Shown piece after piece: positions 61,488-64,000 of a stretch of 64,000 nucleotides of DNA. Under the pieces are notes generated by a model, which saw only the letters and a list, made by a program, of their open reading frames with translations, had not been told where the DNA came from and ran no database searches. This stretch comes from Podarcis filfolensis (lineage: Eukaryota). Positions within the stretch are counted from its first letter, which is position 1. Each line of letters starts with the position of its first letter. The DNA is taken from NCBI GenBank assembly GCA_964270895.1, contig OZ185438.1. The stretch is one strand, 5' to 3'. The translations under genes and the position numbers were made by a program.

Positions 61488-62048
61488 CTGTAAAGAAGAT
61501 GCATATATTTTTATTTATCTGTTTGTAACTGGCCAGTAACTTAAACTGTGAGTTATCTTTGCGTGGAAATTTTTATTATGTAAAGGTTTCCTTTCCTTCT
61601 CATGGTCCCACTTGAGAAAAGGAAGCCTGCACTCTCTTAGCCATTAGCTGTTCTCTTAACCACATTTACTCTTAAACAGCAGCAACAAAAACAGCTCACT
61701 GTAACTTTAGGATTAAAATCTATGAAGAGTGTGCATTGCTTTTATAGTAAATAAGGCACTATCTTGCACATTTCTGAACTATGCATCTCAAAATGTGCTT
61801 AAAGATTAATAAACTGATCACAATCTAACAGCTGAACTTCTCTCTCCTTTCATCCAACTTTTTTTATTTTGTTTACTCTTCCAATATCATTCTTCCAACT
61901 TTAGCAATACAGGCATACCATACCAATCTAAAGTTGAGATGCACCTTACTTAGATTATAACTGATATGCGGAAACAAACTTACTCAGAGTTCCCAGGAAC
62001 ACATCTTATTACTGTATATGTATAAAAGTACAATTGTAAATAACATAC

Positions 62049-62244
62049 GCTCCATTTCTTGTCCAAGGTATGAACACCATCGATTTCTCATATCTTCTAC
62101 AGCAACAATATCCTTTTCCTCTGTTTCATCCACCAGTAACAATGGTAAACATGGAACAATAAGATCATTCATAATTTCCAGTCCTTTATTCACTTCTCGA
62201 TCATCTCCAGATTCAAACTGTGCTGCAGCACACTCATTTAATTT
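62049..62244 (-). CDS. USP25: USP25 penultimate coding exon, 196 nt
   Basis: Acceptor ctttatgttatacatag|, donor GAGC|gtatgt. Translates [65 protein letters not shown]+1 nt; the [17 protein letters not shown] motif is USP25-type. Confidence 0.97.
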
Positions 62245-62965
62245 CTATGTATAACATAAAGAGAAAAATCAAACTGTTAGTGTTCATATTGTTTAATATT
62301 GTGTAACAGGTTCAAGTTACTAGTCCAAGCATTTGAGAACCAGGGGCAACCTATATAATCAAATACTTTTGCATGGTGCAATCTCTAAAATGTCATGTAA
62401 CTGCTGATTTATGCAGTGGTATTTTTCTGTTAGTCTACTTATGCCAAGTGAGGTTACCTATGTGTTAGAAAATGTGAAACAATGTTTTTATATAAGCTAA
62501 CAATAATGTTTGTGCAGTTTCATTCCATCAAATATATTCATGGGAACCATATGCAATTCCTATCACATATCATTTACTGCAACAGCTCCTAGAACAGAGT
62601 TCTTTTAAATCCTTGGTACTTCAATTTGCATTCTGGCAGTCTTTTTCCAGAATCACAAAATAACCCATTTACATCCGTTCCATGATACAACTGGTTTTGC
62701 TAAGCCATATGCTACCAAGGTTGCTCACCACTGCAAATGTCACCCACTTGTCCTATGAACAAGCTGCACAGGACACACATTAATGTATGCTAAAGTATGA
62801 TGCATAAAGTATGATGCATAAGAATAACTAAAAGCAGAGAACAGTCCTTAGCCACAGACCTGAAACTAAATATAATTATGATACTGATTAGGACTACATG
62901 TTTAAAAAAGAAATCTGCAGTTTTTCCTCAAAAAATAAAACATTGTACAATTGGATTCCACTTAC

Positions 62966-63089
62966 TAGTAAACATTCTCTTCTATAATGGGATATCAGTT
63001 CTTCATCATGACCTCTGTTTGAGCCTTTTGCTAAAAGTTCTTTGTTCTTATGGTAAGCACAGAGAAGGTACAGCAAGGCATTCTTAAAA
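62966..63089 (-). CDS. USP25: USP25 coding exon (third from last), 124 nt
   Basis: Acceptor tttttattgtag| at 63090, donor CTA|gtaagt at 62965. Translates (1 nt)+[41 protein letters not shown], matching the USP25 C-terminal domain as I recall it (…[31 protein letters not shown]). Ends in phase 0, matching the next exon. Confidence 0.95.
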
Positions 63090-63191
63090 CTACAATAAAA
63101 ATGAATTATTATTTTTTTAAAAAAAAAAAGTACTAGAAAGGCATTTTAATGAGATTCTTGAAATGGTCTCTTAATGGCATACAATATTGTA

Positions 63192-63425
63192 CAGTGGTAC
63201 CTCGGGTTAAGTACTTAATTCATTCCGGGGGTCCGTACTTAACCTGAAACTGTTCTTAACCTGAAGCACCACTTTAGCTAATGGGGCCTCCTGCTGCTGC
63301 CAGAGCACGATTTCTGTTCTCATCCTGAAGCAAACTTATTTACCTGAAGCACTATTTCTGGGTTAGCGGAGTCTGTAACCTGAAGCGTTTGTAACCTGAA
63401 GCGTATGTAACCTGAGGTACCACTG
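63192..63425 (-). mobile_element. Tigger-type MITE, family A, inside a USP25 intron
   Basis: TA|CAGTGGTACCTCGGGTT…AACCTGAGGTACCACTG|TA. Confidence 0.92.
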
Positions 63426-63734
63426 TATCTAAATTCAAAAACATACTGTATCAAATCCTGTCTCAAACACCAAATATTTAGATTGTCTACAATGCAAGAA
63501 AATATTTAGTGGGGCCAGCCCAATCCTATGGTTCTGTTAAGGCAGTAGCAGCTACGGCACGGATAAACCAGCTTAATATAGAAACAATTTATTCCTGTTA
63601 TGGAAATGCCTGCATGAAGACAATTCTGCTAATTGTGGAATGCATATGCATTTATAATATTTATATCTTGCTTTATGTGAGAGCCAAGAGGCTCTTAAAG
63701 CAGCTTAAAAATAGAGTCTCAAATAAAAATCAAA

Positions 63735-63885
63735 ATTCAAATCTAGTGCAGACCTGGTTGCTCAGTGGAGCAAGTATATATAACACCAATCCTGGCCTGG
63801 CTGCACTTCTGGGCCCAATTCAAAATGCTGGTTTTGACCTATAAAGCCTTAAAGGCTCAGGACCACAATACCTTAAGGACCTTAA
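63735..63885 (+). mobile_element. L2 fragment in a USP25 intron
   Basis: gcccaattcaaaatgctggttttgacctataaagccttaaaggctcaggaccacaataccttaaggac translates to AQFKMLVLTYKALKGSGPQYLKD. Confidence 0.75.
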
Positions 63886-64000
63886 GGGTTACAGATAGAT
63901 ACTTTAATGTCAGTAACAATATTTTTGCGAGGGGGGCAGATTGTACAGATTGCACAACCCACAAAAGAATTTCCATGCCCAGTCATCCTTACACATTTGT

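Noticed and set aside
61289-62254. Plus-strand ORFs 61289-61528 and 62018-62254
   Set aside because: Antisense shadows of USP25 exons.
61315-63089. USP28 as the gene identity
   Set aside because: The C-terminus RTPADGR and the YRRECLL/KLNE exon junction match USP25; USP28 ends differently.
1-64000. Hammerhead ribozymes (Penelope-type), CRISPR arrays, rRNA, snRNA
   Set aside because: The CTGATGA hits I inspected on both strands lack stem II plus GAAA; no repeat-spacer array or recognisable structural RNA gene was seen. A manual scan can miss divergent cases; Infernal/Rfam would be decisive.

Overview
Eukaryotic (vertebrate) genomic DNA, AT-rich and repeat-rich. The repeat complement (Sauria SINEs, CR1, L2, BovB/RTE, CAGTGGTACCTC Tigger-type MITEs, hAT MITEs) points to a squamate, most likely a lacertid lizard (inference). 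The only protein-coding gene recognised is USP25 on the minus strand: three terminal coding exons (63089-62966, 62244-62049, 61487-61315) splice in frame and end in ...SRTPADGR*, followed by a 3' UTR with two candidate poly(A) sites. The rest is non-coding. A transposon-free island at about 20.5-25.2 kb carries two minus-strand promoter-like modules; by synteny recalled from mammals these are probably promoters of the miR-99a/let-7c/miR-125b-2 host gene (MIR99AHG), but no miRNA hairpin lies in the window. Best second-look items: a 375-bp collapsed Ty1/Copia element with a 5-bp TSD, an RTE LINE with a 54-bp target-site duplication, a complete CTCF site (core plus upstream motif), minus-strand non-coding exon candidates that could form a USP25-to-lncRNA read-through, nested LINE insertions and a Tigger1-like MITE. 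No CRISPR array, rRNA or intact tRNA gene was seen. I found nothing that is demonstrably a new biological system; the novel-looking items are hypotheses.
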